Source: Eukaryota sp. TZLM1-RC (Eukaryota > Protista > Metamonada: BaSk clade). Taken from it: a stretch of 64,000 nt of DNA. Positions within the stretch are counted from its first letter, which is position 1, and every line of letters begins with the position of its first letter. Positions 12,525 through 24,039 of this stretch are shown here, piece after piece. The notes beneath the pieces are model-generated. The model searched no databases and was not told the DNA's origin. It saw only the letters and a program-made list of their open reading frames with translations. The translations under genes were made by a program, and so were the position numbers. The stretch covers positions 1,065,658 through 1,129,657 of the forward strand of contig JAUPSS010000011.1 in the NCBI GenBank assembly GCA_040285825.1. Direction: 5' to 3'.

Positions 12525-12662
12525 CTTCAAAGCTACGTATTGTTCTAGAGGAGAAATGGGCTCACTGAGATTGGTGGCCAGTTATTCGAGGATTCTAGAA
12601 CGTCTGTGCACGATCTCACCAAGAATGAAAGTTCTTGGAATAAGTTGGAATGCTGCTTGAAG
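12525..12662 (+). ncRNA. Candidate Fanzor omega-RNA scaffold
   Basis: Starts right after the Fanzor stop. Nested stems: CTTCAA 12525-30/TTGAAG 12657-62; GTTCTAGA 12542-49/TCTAGAAC 12594-601; GGCTCACTG.../TGGTGGCC hairpin ~12559-79; CCAAGAA 12619-25/TTCTTGG 12632-38 around a GAAA loop. Confidence 0.5.
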
Positions 12663-12713
12663 AAAGTATGCATTTCAAATGAAAACCACAGATTTTATTA
12701 GCATTCACCTTTC

Positions 12714-13499
12714 ATGGAAAGACTTGTTCTCAACCAAGCAGCTCTTGCTCATATTGATGCATATAGTGAGTACTTAAACATTGTTGGTGAAGACCCATCA
12801 GCACCTTTACTTTCAGAAGAAGAATTCCAGAAACGAAAAAAAGAAGCCATTGACAACGCAAAGAACAGGGTTTTCTGCTTCTGGGTTAATTCACAAGGTC
12901 TGGAGTGTAGAACTGTTGGACCTTCTACAAAATGTGTTTGTGGGTGTAGGTATAGAGTTCATGCTCCGTTGACAAAAGACAAACCAAGCTCTTGTAGAAC
13001 TCGGGGTTGCGGCTGTCGTAACTTTGAAGTGCTCCCAGGTCATGGTAGTTCATATTCTCGTTGTGGTTGCAAGCATTCAGCCGAAGATCATGCGAAAATT
13101 GGAAGAAGAAAATGCCAGAAGACGACATGCTCATGTACTGGCTTTTCTACCACAGTAAGCTGTACATGTGGAGAAAATTCTGCTTCTCATAGAACTATTT
13201 TTCAAACAATCGAAGAACGAAAGGAATTAGGAAAGAATACAGACAATCTTTGTGGAGGTTATTATCCAACTGGAGGAGGTGTAACCAACTTTGCCTCTAT
13301 GTTTGGGGAATCTGGAATGTATGGAAACAATAAGCATATGTTGCACAATGACAATGGTGTAAGATCTGTAGAGCAACACCCTCCTGCTATCGGATCACAA
13401 GAAGAACTAGATATGTTGTATAATATGCGTAAACAGGAAGAATTACATGCAAGGCGTTTACGAAACTCAGGAAAGGCTGCAAGACATAGACGTATTTAA
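12714..13499 (+). CDS. FAM221A: FAM221-family cysteine-rich protein
   Basis: MERL...IDAYSEYLNIVGED...EEF...NRVFCFW...GLECRTVGPSTKCVCGCRYRVH and CxCxH repeats match the FAM221A pattern. Confidence 0.85.
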   Translation: MERLVLNQAALAHIDAYSEYLNIVGEDPSAPLLSEEEFQKRKKEAIDNAKNRVFCFWVNSQGLECRTVGPSTKCVCGCRYRVHAPLTKDKPSSCRTRGCGCRNFEVLPGHGSSYSRCGCKHSAEDHAKIGRRKCQKTTCSCTGFSTTVSCTCGENSASHRTIFQTIEERKELGKNTDNLCGGYYPTGGGVTNFASMFGESGMYGNNKHMLHNDNGVRSVEQHPPAIGSQEELDMLYNMRKQEELHARRLRNSGKAARHRRI

Positions 13500-13684
13500 T
13501 AAATGGATGTTATTTGGATTTAATTGCAGGATATTTGACACTGTTGACATTGGAAATCGACCAATTTATTGGTTATACAGAAACTAAACAATGAGAACAG
13601 TACCACAATGGAAAGATGTATTTGAACAAAGAGGAGTACCGACAAATATAGCAAAATCATACACTAAGACTAATCGAGACCAAA

Positions 13685-14095
13685 TTACTGGACCATAGCT
13701 TCCTGTTCACTGTGTTGTTTGCGACCAGCAGCCTTGGCTTCAATGGTGCTTTCGCGATTCTTAGTCATCTTGAGACGGGTGAGCATAACATTGGAAGCAT
13801 CGACTGGAATAGCAACAGTGTTACCATTAGCCTTCTCGCGGTTCAGACCACTGATTTTGATCACGAATTTCTTACGGAAAACTTCGGTGATCTTACCTTC
13901 GTGATTCTTGTGAGTACCACGGACAACCTTGACTTCGTCATCACGACGGATGGGAAGAGAACGGATTCCATGCTTGTCACGCAACTCCTTTGACAAAGCG
14001 GCGGACATCAAAATTCGGCGCTCTCCGGATGGAGCTTGGAAGTGAGCCTTGCGCTGCTTGCGGCGAGATGAGGTAACGTCAATGTGGCGCTTCAT
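13685..14095 (-). CDS. RPL26: 60S ribosomal protein L26 (uL24)
   Basis: [43 protein letters not shown] (KOW motif), REKANG. Confidence 0.97.
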   Translation of the reverse strand: MKRHIDVTSSRRKQRKAHFQAPSGERRILMSAALSKELRDKHGIRSLPIRRDDEVKVVRGTHKNHEGKITEVFRKKFVIKISGLNREKANGNTVAIPVDASNVMLTRLKMTKNRESTIEAKAAGRKQHSEQEAMVQ

Positions 14096-14379
14096 GTAAC
14101 CGAATCTGAAAGAAAGGGGTCTATTCCAATTTTCTTTTTTCCGAAGATTTGCTCTTCAAATTACTCTACTATTCTAACCTTTCCAGCGGGAACACCATTA
14201 TGAAACTCAGATTTGACACTTTTGATATCCTTGGTTTAAATAAGGAATAAAATGATTTATACGTAAAGCATGAATAAAAGGAACACAAAAACTGTTTATG
14301 ATTTGAGTAGGAATAATCAACATCAACATCAATGAAATTCCATTGAAGACTTAAAAAACCACCTGCTTGTAAATGAGCG

Positions 14380-14616
14380 TTAGTGATAGACATCATCAAA
14401 TGAAAAGCTGGAGCGCCGATGACGGATACGGGGAGCATAAACAGTCCAAGACTCTAACATTTCCTTTAGTCGTAATACCCCAAAATTCTGAATCGGACTT
14501 CCACAGTAAGGCAATAAATCTGACGTTCTAGAATCTCTATCAGCTTTCAATGCTGAATGAATTGATAAACTACCACGTGACATGGAACTATGACTGAAAG
14601 AGCTGTCAAGAGCCAT
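14380..14616 (-). CDS. Hypothetical small protein or last exon of an unresolved gene
   Basis: 78 aa ORF in a gene-dense stretch, no recognised motif; possible small intron just upstream. Confidence 0.25.
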   Translation of the reverse strand: MALDSSFSHSSMSRGSLSIHSALKADRDSRTSDLLPYCGSPIQNFGVLRLKEMLESWTVYAPRIRHRRSSFSFDDVYH

Positions 14617-15109
14617 TGAGTAAATGAACTATATTCAACACTACTAAGTAATGATAGGAGTCATAGGAATCTTACAGACCATTTACAGCATAAAAGAATA
14701 GTAGAGACCATTAATCCTTATAAGGATATCTCAAAATCCACAAAATTCACTTTCACAATCCAGGACCTCATCGGCAAGAAAATAGCTGAAAACCTCTTAA
14801 CAATTGCTGAACAACAAGTACTAAAACACAAAAAAAGACATTCAAGGTTTATTTGAAGGGTATGATATGTTGAATTTTTGCTTTGCAGCAGCTAATAATC
14901 CTTCTAAATTCAAAACCTGATTTTTGTAGTTTGTGCATATGCAATAAGCTTCATTCAATAACCACAATAATGTAATGTGTACAAGAACAGCGGGTATTCG
15001 TGATGAGTATTGGATTCTAAAAATTGCAAGTATGAAATTTATGAAGGGGAATGCAAGTGAATGAGTGATTGAAAATGATTATCATTTGTATTCTTTCATC
15101 ACCTTTCCG

Positions 15110-18100
15110 ATGAGATTACTTGTGTTTTTCACTCTATTAGCGGCCCTCGCCCTAGCCTGTGATGATACTGGAAGGTATGTCGTCATATAAGTTGACCACA
15201 GTTCTGTAAACTCTATCCCATGTTCTCTCTGTGAATGGGTTGTTGGTAACGTTCAGTCCAAGATTTCTGAAGATACAACCAAAGAGCAGATCATAAGCCT
15301 AGTTGGCACAGCCTGTAAGTATGTTCCCTCCTCCATCTCTACCAAATGCGGAGAACTCATTGAGGAGTATGGTCCAGCACTGATTGATCTCCTGGTTGAT
15401 CGATTCCCTCCCCATGTTGTCTGTTCTTCCATTGGTCTTTGTCATGAAGAGTTTGTCGAATACGATGACAACTCTATCCAGTGCTCTATTTGTACATGGG
15501 TCATTGGTAACATTGAAGCCAAGATCACTGATGAAACCACTGAAGAGGAAATCATCCAATTCGTTGAACAAGTTTGCAATGTTGTTCCCCATTCAATGCA
15601 AGATGTCTGTCACAATATGATTCAAGAATATGGTCATATGATCATAGAAATGCTGGTTGACCGTTTCCCTCCTGAAGTTATTTGTGCCTCCATTGGACTC
15701 TGTAAGGATCAAGCTTTCGAATATGAAAACAGTACCAAATGCAGCGCTTGTACTTTTGTTATTGGTTTGATAGAAGGAAAAATCGATGACCAATCCTCTC
15801 GTGAACAAATTAGGGAAGTTGTCCTCCAAATTTGCGATAAGGTTCCTTCTTTGATGCGCTCTGTTTGTCGTGACATGATCAGTGGTTATGTTGATGATAT
15901 TGTTGATATGCTTCTTCAAAAGTACCCTGCTCACAAGGTTTGCGAAAAAATTCATCTCTGTAAGGCCAAAATGGAAATCCTCCCCGATAACGACTTTGGT
16001 TGTTCCACATGCGTTTTCATCATTGGTGCCTTGGAAGCCAAACTCGACGATGATGCAACTCGTGAAGAAATTCGTGAAGCTCTCATGCATGTTTGCAAGA
16101 ATGTTGGATCACTCCTCCGTCCCATGTGTGAAGAAATAATGGAAACCTACTCTGACTCCATTGTTGACCTTTTATTGGCCAAGTACCCCGCACAAAAGAT
16201 TTGTGAAGAAATCAAGTTGTGCAAGAAAAAGATGGAAATCCTCCCCGATAACGACTTTGGTTGTTCCACATGCGTTTTCATCATTGGTGCCTTGGAAGCC
16301 AAACTCGACGATGATGCAACTCGTGAAGAAATTCGTGAAGCTCTCATGCATGTTTGCAAGAATGTTGGATCACTCCTCCGTCCCATGTGTGAAGAAATAA
16401 TGGAAACCTACTCTGACTCCATTGTTGACCTTTTATTGGCCAAGTACCCCGCACAAAAGATTTGTGAAGAAATCAAGTTGTGCAAGAAAAAGATGGAAAT
16501 CCTCCCTGATAACGACTTTGGTTGTTCCACATGCGTTTTCATCATTGGTGCCTTGGAAGCCAAACTCGACGATGATGCAACTCGTGAAGAAATTCGTGAA
16601 GCTCTCATGCATGTTTGCAAGAATGTTGGATCACTCCTCCGTCCCATGTGTGAAGAAATAATGGAAACCTACTCTGACTCCATTGTTGACCTTTTTATTG
16701 GCCAAGTACCCCGCACAAAAGATTTGTGAAGAAATCAAGTTGTGCAAGAAAAAGATGGAAATCCTCCCCGATAACGACTTTGGTTGTTCCACATGCGTTT
16801 TCATCATTGGTGCCTTGGAAGCCAAACTCGACGATGATGCAACTCGTGAAGAAATTCGTGAAGCTCTCATGCATGTTTGCAAGAATGTTGGATCACTCCT
16901 CCGTCCCATGTGTGAAGAAATAATGGAAACCTACTCTGACTCCATTGTTGACCTTTTTATTGGCCAAGTACCCCGCACAAAAGATTTGTGAAGAAATCAA
17001 GTTGTGCAAGAAAAAGATGGAAATCCTCCCCGATAACGACTTTGGTTGTTCCACATGCGTTTTCATCATTGGTGCCTTGGAAGCCAAACTCGACGATGAT
17101 GCAACTCGTGAAGAAATTCGTGAAGCTCTCATGCATGTTTGCAAGAATGTTGGATCACTCCTCCGTCCCATGTGTGAAGAAATAATGGAAACCTACTCTG
17201 ACTCCATTGTTGACCTTTTATTGGCCAAGTACCCCGCACAAAAGATTTGTGAAGAAATCAAGTTGTGCAAGAAAAAGATGGAAACTGCAACCGAGAACAA
17301 CTCTATCCAATGTTCAATCTGTACATGGGTCATTGGTAACATCGAAGCCAAGATCACTGATGAAACCACTGAAGAAGAAATCATCCAATTCGTTGAACAA
17401 GTTTGCAATGTTGTTCCCCATTCAATGCAAACCGTCTGCCACAATATGATTCAAGAATATGGTCATATGATCATTGAAATGCTCGTCGATCGATTCCCTC
17501 CTGAAGTTATTTGTGCATCCATTGGACTCTGTAAAGATCAAGTTTTGGAATATGAAAACAGTACCAAATGCAGCGCTTGTACTTTTGTTATTGGTTTGAT
17601 TGAAGGAAAAATCGATGACCAATCCTCTCGTGAACAAATTAGGGAAGTTGTCCTCCAAATTTGCGATAAGGTTCCTTCTTTGATGCGCTCTGTTTGTCGT
17701 GACATGATCAGTGGTTATGTTGATGATATTGTTGATATGCTTCTCCAAAAATACCCTGCTCACAAGGTTTGCGAAAAAATTCATCTCTGCAAGACTAAAT
17801 CTGAAAATGCGCTCAAAGGTGAAAATTCTATCCAATGTTCAATCTGTACCTGGGTCATTGGCACTATTGAAGCCAAGATTACTGATGAAACCACTGAAGA
17901 AGAAATCATCCAATTCGTTGAGCAGGTTTGCAATGTTGTACCTCATTCCATGCAAACTCTCTGCCACAATATGATTCAAGAATATGGCCATATGATCATT
18001 GAAATGCTTGTCGATCGATTCCCTCCTGAAGTTGTATGCTCATCAATTGGTCTCTGTAAGGAACCCATTAAACAAGCTGCTGACAATGACCTCGGTTGTA

Positions 18101-18801
18101 CAGTATGTGTCTGGATTGTAGAATGGGTGGAGAACCAAATTGATGAATCCTATACCAGGGAACAAATCAAGGAAGTTGTTCTCAAAGTTTGTGACCATGT
18201 TCCTCATTTGATGAAGGCCTACTGTGTAGATTTCATTGAAAATTATGCTGATGTCCTCATTGATTACCTTCTGCAATCTTATACTCCCGATTTTATTTGT
18301 CAAAAGATGAGTCTTTGCACTGTTAAATTTGAAAGTCGTACCCACTGCAGCACTTGCCTTTGGGTCAGCGGTTATGTCTTGCCCCTAATTGAAGATGTCA
18401 CTGACCATGAAGAAGTCATGGCTGTTCTAAAGAAAGCCTGCTCTTTGATCCCTGAAGCTATGAGAGACTCATGTAAGGATTTGCTTTCAAAGGCAGAAAA
18501 GATTGCTGAACTGATTGAAGCTGGTCTTCAACCATATGAAATTTGCCAAAAGCTTGGTCTTTGTGAACGTTTAAATGTTGACAGTTGCTCTACCTGCAAG
18601 AGTCTTGTACGTAACCTTAAATCTAAGATTGCTGATTTGGAAAATGATCCTCATCTTGTTGATATTGTTTGTGATCATGCACCCGAACACTTCCAAGAAG
18701 TGTGCAAGGCAGCTTTGAACAAGTTTGGCCACAAGATGATCCATTATCTCCTGGAAAATGTTGATGAGACTTCAGTCTGCCAAATTGCTAAGGCATGTTA
18801 G
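15110..18801 (+). CDS. Secreted prosaposin-like polyprotein, 14 saposin-B domains, ~1220 aa; intron 15175-15201; two +1 T frameshifts probably from sequencing error
   Basis: Signal peptide MRLLVFFTLLAALALA and a 27 nt GTATG...CAG intron. Repeated CxxC...C...C...PxxxCxxxxxC six-Cys pattern. Removing the intron and the two extra T bases (~16696, ~16958) gives exactly 1221 codons. Confidence 0.9.
15971..17277 (+). repeat. Five near-identical 261/262 bp tandem units, each encoding one saposin domain
   Basis: ATGGAAATCCTCCC recurs at 15971, 16232, 16493, 16755 and 17017. Confidence 0.95.
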
Positions 18802-19084
18802 CTTTGTATAGATTTATTGTTTACTATAAACTTTTGTTCGTTACGTTTTTGTGAAATTGTACTATGCCGGAAATTTGGTTTTATTGTGTTTCATCTTTTT
18901 TTTCACTTCATAACAATTATTATCTAGGAGAATGTAAACACTGATTATTACCTTATTAGACGGGTGGTAAATGGGCCAACATTTCCATTTAGAAGGCTGC
19001 TTACACAATCCTACAACAACTTCTGTAACAGCTTTAATGGACCAAATCGTATGTTTTCCCTTATCAATGTGGACAACAACTACC

Positions 19085-19572
19085 GAATTAGATGGAACCT
19101 TCATTTCAGTGGATGTAATGTCTGTTGATCGTTGTAATGCCTCAACTGAAAGGCTTGCTAATTCTGAAATCCATAATTCCCTTTCAATTGCTGAAAATTT
19201 CAAAATCAAAAAATACAATGAACCTTTGTCCAAATTGTCCACCCATCAGCATGCAAAATACAATTTGTATCCATTTGTATTTTCTCTATTTGGATCACTT
19301 GCTCCCACGGCTTTACGTTTTTTGGCAGATTTTGAAATGATTGTAAAGAGAAGAACCAATAGAAATTTCAACAGATTGTTTTGGCAAAATAGAATTGTGT
19401 TTTCTATTTTTAAGGGGATGTTGAAGATGGTTCCTGATGCTTTGTTTTTTCTTGGATCTCACTATGAGAGATTTGCATCTAGTTGTTTTGTTTTGGGAGA
19501 GATGGATTATTTAGATGTTGATTTATAAATTCATTAAAAAAATAAATATTATTTAAAAAAATAAAAAAAAAA
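19085..19572 (+). mobile_element. CRE-like family F 3' end (RLE C-terminus, 3' UTR, A-tail)
   Basis: ISVDVMSVD, AENFKIKKY, PFVFSLFG, FWQNRIVFSIFK; A-rich tail 19535-19572. Confidence 0.85.
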
Positions 19573-19744
19573 CTATTGGGAAATTTTCCATGAATAGACG
19601 GGATGCCTTAAGTTGATATGTTAAGATAAAGCTGATCTTTTTTCTATTCATATTAAAATATTTAGTCTAAAATCGGAGTATTACATGTTTGGTGACGTTC
19701 TGCTTCTTTCCTTTTTTATTGAGACGATTATTTTTAAGTTTGAT

Positions 19745-20100
19745 GGCCTTTCATAAAAGGTTAGTAGAAATCGCTTTTGGATAGTTTCTGTAAACTATCG
19801 TTTTTGCTGGGGTGGCCAGATTGCATTAAACCATGTATCAATAACAATGCCTGTTTCCTGAGCTCTTTTAGAATTGAGATTTTATTTTTGTTATTTTTCC
19901 AAATTTGAGTATTTTCTTCTAGAATTGCGTTTTCAAATAAAGAGTCATTGTTATTTTTGGCTATTTGTTGTTCAGATCTAATCTGTGAGAACCAAGAAGA
20001 AAAAATAGGTAAGTCTTTGTCTCTACTTTGAGATTAAATTGATGGGATATCTTCATATCCCTAACCAGAGTCATTAACTAATGGAGGTATTTCGTAATTT
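19745..20100 (-). mobile_element. Decayed Gypsy pol fragment (integrase zinc-finger region) of a second family
   Basis: Translates PIFSSWFSQIRSEQ...ALLLIHGLMQSGHPSKNDSLQKLSKSDFY*PFM, which aligns with PMFDPWLSRIRSEQ...LLIIHGYVSGGHFSMSESLRRLSSSDYYWPSM near 11200-11440. Confidence 0.8.
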
Positions 20101-20252
20101 GAAAGCAAGGTATTTGGTATATTTATGCTAAAAATTGATGAGATAACCGACACCTTTTCCGACAGGTGTTCTTACATTGATACAAATGTGATCTAAGGAA
20201 AGATAAATAGCACCTAAAAGTCTAATCTTTTTGTTTTTTCTTTCGTTTTTTT

Positions 20253-20786
20253 CTAGTCTTTTTTTACTGGTTTAAATGGATCAAAAACACGAGAACTACA
20301 AAACTTAAACACAATCAAAGCTATAATACACGCAACTAGACCACTGACCACCAAAGCTACCTTCCCTACCTGCCATGAGCACAACGGTACACCTCTCCTC
20401 ATTTCAATCAACTGAATGTCAATGAAAGGCGTTGGATCAATTTCCTTGATGATCACCTTTGTGCTGCATTTGGAAATTCTAAAGGAGGGATGTATAATCG
20501 TCTCATTGATGGTGAGATGTTGATCGCCCATATGAAAGTGTATTTTGAAATGCTGTGAATCTGAAAAAGTTCCATCATGTTTTAAGGCCTGAATGCACAA
20601 GATCTCTGGCCTAGCATCACCAAAGAGGAGTTTGATCTCATAGTCAGAGTTTGATGAACAATTTGCAACATCGATCAAAAATGGAGTGATTGGAGAAACA
20701 TGACGTAATGGTGCAGTCGGAGTCAAAACAAGACGTCTGGCTAGAGACAGTGACAAAAGAACAACAAGAATGTAGAGGGAGTGCAT
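20253..20786 (-). CDS. Hypothetical type I membrane protein (signal peptide, C-terminal TM helix, short basic tail)
   Basis: MHSLYILVVLLSLSLA signal; VALVVSGLVACIIALIVF TM; ends KPVKKD. Confidence 0.7.
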   Translation of the reverse strand: MHSLYILVVLLSLSLARRLVLTPTAPLRHVSPITPFLIDVANCSSNSDYEIKLLFGDARPEILCIQALKHDGTFSDSQHFKIHFHMGDQHLTINETIIHPSFRISKCSTKVIIKEIDPTPFIDIQLIEMRRGVPLCSWQVGKVALVVSGLVACIIALIVFKFCSSRVFDPFKPVKKD

Positions 20787-20859
20787 TTCAATAGTAACTG
20801 AATTTTGTGAAAGTTGATTGATAAACGCCTAACTTTAGTGCATCTCACAGACTATCAAC

Positions 20860-21086
20860 CAGGGATGACTAAAATGATAAAGTACTTTAGTCACTTTACT
20901 CTACTTAAACTAAATAAAGTACTTTAATTCCATATTTTGGACCACTTTAGTCATCCCTGATTGGGAGCTGTCACTACTTTATCTCACTTTAAGCAACTTT
21001 ACTGCACAAAGTATAAAGTATAAGATAAAGCTTAAAGTAAATAAAGTACTTTAATTCCATATTTTGGACCGCTTTAGTCATCCCTG
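20860..21086. mobile_element. hAT-type MITE with 14 bp TIRs, 8 bp TSD and an internal duplicate right end
   Basis: CAGGGATGACTAAA at 20860-73; TTTAGTCATCCCTG at 20946-59 and 21073-86; flanks CTATCAAC and TTATCAAC (7/8 match); AAAGTACTTT palindromic subterminal repeats. Confidence 0.88.
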
Positions 21087-21237
21087 TTATCAACACCAAC
21101 TATTATTTTCAATTTTCACTTAAGTCTGTTTTGATTTCTTGTTTTACTGGTGACCAAATCTTGTTTGTCCTAACATATCCATTAATAAAAATAATTCTAT
21201 TATTTGGCCAAATGGTTACATTCTTCTCAAGTTTCAT

Positions 21238-21350
21238 CATCCTGGACTAAGCCTATTATCAGAATCACCCAAGCAAAGCTGACCAATGCTATTCCATCCT
21301 GCGCTCAGCAAGTAACCTTCACTTGTAAGAAAATGGAAAAAATCTTCCAG
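21238..21350 (-). pseudogene. RCC1-repeat gene remnant
   Basis: FLTSEGYLLSAGWNSIGQLCLGDSDNRLSP followed by a stop. The surrounding 21.1-22.2 kb looks like decayed coding sequence. Confidence 0.6.
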
Positions 21351-22270
21351 CTTTGCCTGTGACTGTGTTTTGAGATGCTAACACATTGACTGGAGCATTT
21401 CTATTTTATCTTTTGATTGAAAAAATCATTTTATTTAAAATAAATAGTAAACATTTTGATAAATATAACGTCCCCGTGTTTTCTATTTGACATTATAAAT
21501 TGAGAATAAATTTCAAACTGTTTCTTTACCATTGTTTTAGCATTTGCAACTTATATACATTCTGCATTCTTATGTAATCTGCTTGATATGGAGTCGAATG
21601 GATTATGAATGGTGTTTAAATTATTCAGATCAGACAAAACCCCAAGGAGTTCCCCATATAAGTGTTTAAAGAAAGGAACTAGTTTTGTTAGTACAAGGTT
21701 ATATGTTAGGAATCTTCCAAGGACTGTAGTGATTCACTATTGAATAGAATGGTATTTAGAGTGTTATTCAATCCGAAAAAGAGAGTATCAATTGCAATCA
21801 GTAGTCAAATCAGCTCTTTTAGACAGTTCCTCGAGGACCAATTCACCACATGAATCGCTGACGAAATGAGATGACAAAAGAGAATGGTCCTTGATGTGTG
21901 AATAGATTAGGTCCACCATGTTTGTGAAAGAAAGCTGCTTGCAACTGCAATCAATAATGTATACCGTCCTTCCCTGTGTCTTTAACAACCACGGCAAGCT
22001 AGGAAATGTGCTGTGGATTAAAGAAATGTTATTGTCTTTTGAAACAGTTACTGGTGGTGGCTAGGTGTTATCTATCACATCATTGCATTGAAAACCGTGA
22101 ACAAAGTCGACACATGGAGCATCCCATCCAACAGTTTAGAATTCTCCCATGTATTTTGATGAAATGTAAGTAACCATCAACCTAAGGACATCTTCTGTCA
22201 AAGGGAAATTATCAAGTCTACACCAAAATCTTTTTTTTACAAATTCAAAAAAATGAAACAAAGCTAACCC

Positions 22271-23755
22271 TTAACAATGATGTGGCATTCTAGGAACTGC
22301 GGGATCAATGAAACATCGTTCATTCATGGTACTATACATTGGAACACTATTGAACCCAGGAAGCTCAATCTTGTATCTTCCTAGAAACTGACAATAAGGT
22401 AGATCATCTACATTACAAACATCAGGTCTTTCTTCTTTATAGATTCCCAACATGTAGATGTCTCTGGGATGGAACTCCACGGCTTGCACTAAATGTGCCT
22501 TGTTGTTAGTTAGCCCATCAACAACACCAGCAGCTTTGAGAACTGAGATGACAAACGAGGAGCACTGGAGCGCGGGGAGACCATTATATGTCCAAGAATC
22601 TTGTTCTGGAATAGCAGATAGTTCTACAATATCAAGGTCATAATCATGGCAATACTCCAAAATCTCCGCAAAAGTTTTAAAATGACCTTCAGGCAAATCC
22701 AGGCGCTTTTCAAATCCCTTCAAAAGGTAGAGATCTCTGAATTCGGGGGCAAACGAATCAGTGAGAATACCTACAAAGGGTAACAGTACAGGACTAAGAG
22801 AACGAATATATGAATCATGATGAACCGAATCAAAGGCGGCAAATGCTTCCCCTAATGTGGAATAAGGATAATGCTTTTCTGCGACAAGGAAGTACTCCTA
22901 GGCTTTGCGTTCGTTGTAATATGATCTGGCCTCATCAGAAAGAGGTAACCAAACGGCGTGACATGTTTCAGGCGTACAGTCGAAATAAGAACCATTGATA
23001 GCTGATTTCATCCATTGTTTGAATGGTGTACGGAAGATGTTCTCTCCAAAACCACCTTCTTCCGGAGGTTGTGCTTCGGCAACAAACAGTTCATGTGTAT
23101 CAGGATCGCGTAAGAACATTGCAGCATGACCAGAACGAGAATTTGAACCAACCATGATGAGAGCTTCAATGTCATTGAAGTTTGTCATTGAGATGAGATC
23201 TCCTGACTTGATGTAGGGTTCTAGCTTTTCGTAGTCTACAAAAGGAACATGGCGACGTTGGTAACGGAAACCTTGCTGATCTTCAACAAGTTTCATAGTA
23301 GCTTTAGGATCCTTACGCTTAACGATGTTGTATAACTCAAAAGCATCACGAACATAGTTGATGATATTGAGGGATATCTGGAAGACATGAACACCAGAAG
23401 TTTGTGTTATTGCAAATTCTTCAGGGGTCAATTTCATGGAGATACGATGGTGTCCATGGCGGATGGCGGACTTCAACTTAAAGCTGACACCATTCGTGAT
23501 CAAAAACCAATCAATACATGTGTGGGATTTTGGATCTTTGGACATGATATCAATTTCAGCGTGATGGGAATCAAGCGTAAGCGATACTGTACTGACTTGG
23601 AAGCACTTTGCAGAAAATGTAACAGGGTGATTGGGCAATGCCGAACCAAGATAAACTGGTACAGCATCCAGATATTTGTTTGATTCAGATAAAGTGGCAC
23701 TAGCGAGCACAACACAGATACATACGAGGAGGATTGACAACACAGAGAGAGGCAT
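22271..23755 (-). CDS. Secreted permuted papain-like (NlpC/P60, YiiX-type) protein, ~494 aa, with one in-frame TAG at 22898-22900
   Basis: Signal peptide; IKSGDLI, SGHAAMFLRD...LFVAEAQ (His) upstream of LQCSSFV (Cys); EFHPRDIY, PYCQFLGRYKIELPG, MNERC. The two track ORFs are in the same frame across a single TAG. Confidence 0.75.
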
Positions 23756-23802
23756 CTGATAACCTGGAAATAAATCAAATGATTTCAATCATGTTGATCA
23801 CG

Positions 23803-24020
23803 ATTCTGGTTCAATAAATTTAGTCCCATTAGTTATGAGTTCTTTCGTTATGTGTGCAAGTTCAATAAATTAAGAGATGTAGAATCATGTTGATAAGATT
23901 CATTGGATTATGATTCTATGTTAAGCAACATCTTTTTTTGTTTTTGAAGTATTTATTGAATTTGCACACTTAATTAAATTAACTCATAAGTAATAGGATG
24001 ACTATCATTGAACCAAGATT
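23803..24020. repeat. ~220 bp imperfect foldback (MITE-like)
   Basis: TGGTTCAAT...TTATGAGTT...GTGTGCAA.TTCAATAAAT (23807-70) pairs with 23951-24015; inner AGAATCAT/ATGATTCT and AGATGT/ACATCT. Confidence 0.7.
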
Positions 24021-24039
24021 TCCCCTACAAAATCTTGAT

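Noticed and set aside
16690-16960. Programmed frameshifting in the saposin repeats
   Set aside because: T5 versus T4 in otherwise identical repeats is the typical uncorrected long-read homopolymer error.
15299-18345. Minus-strand and alternate-frame ORFs over the saposin gene (likewise over RPL26, the LRR array and the RTs)
   Set aside because: Shadow ORFs of strongly supported genes or repeats.
22898-22900. Genome-wide TAG reassignment
   Set aside because: TAG is the normal terminator of the saposin gene (18799-18801) and the 20253 gene.
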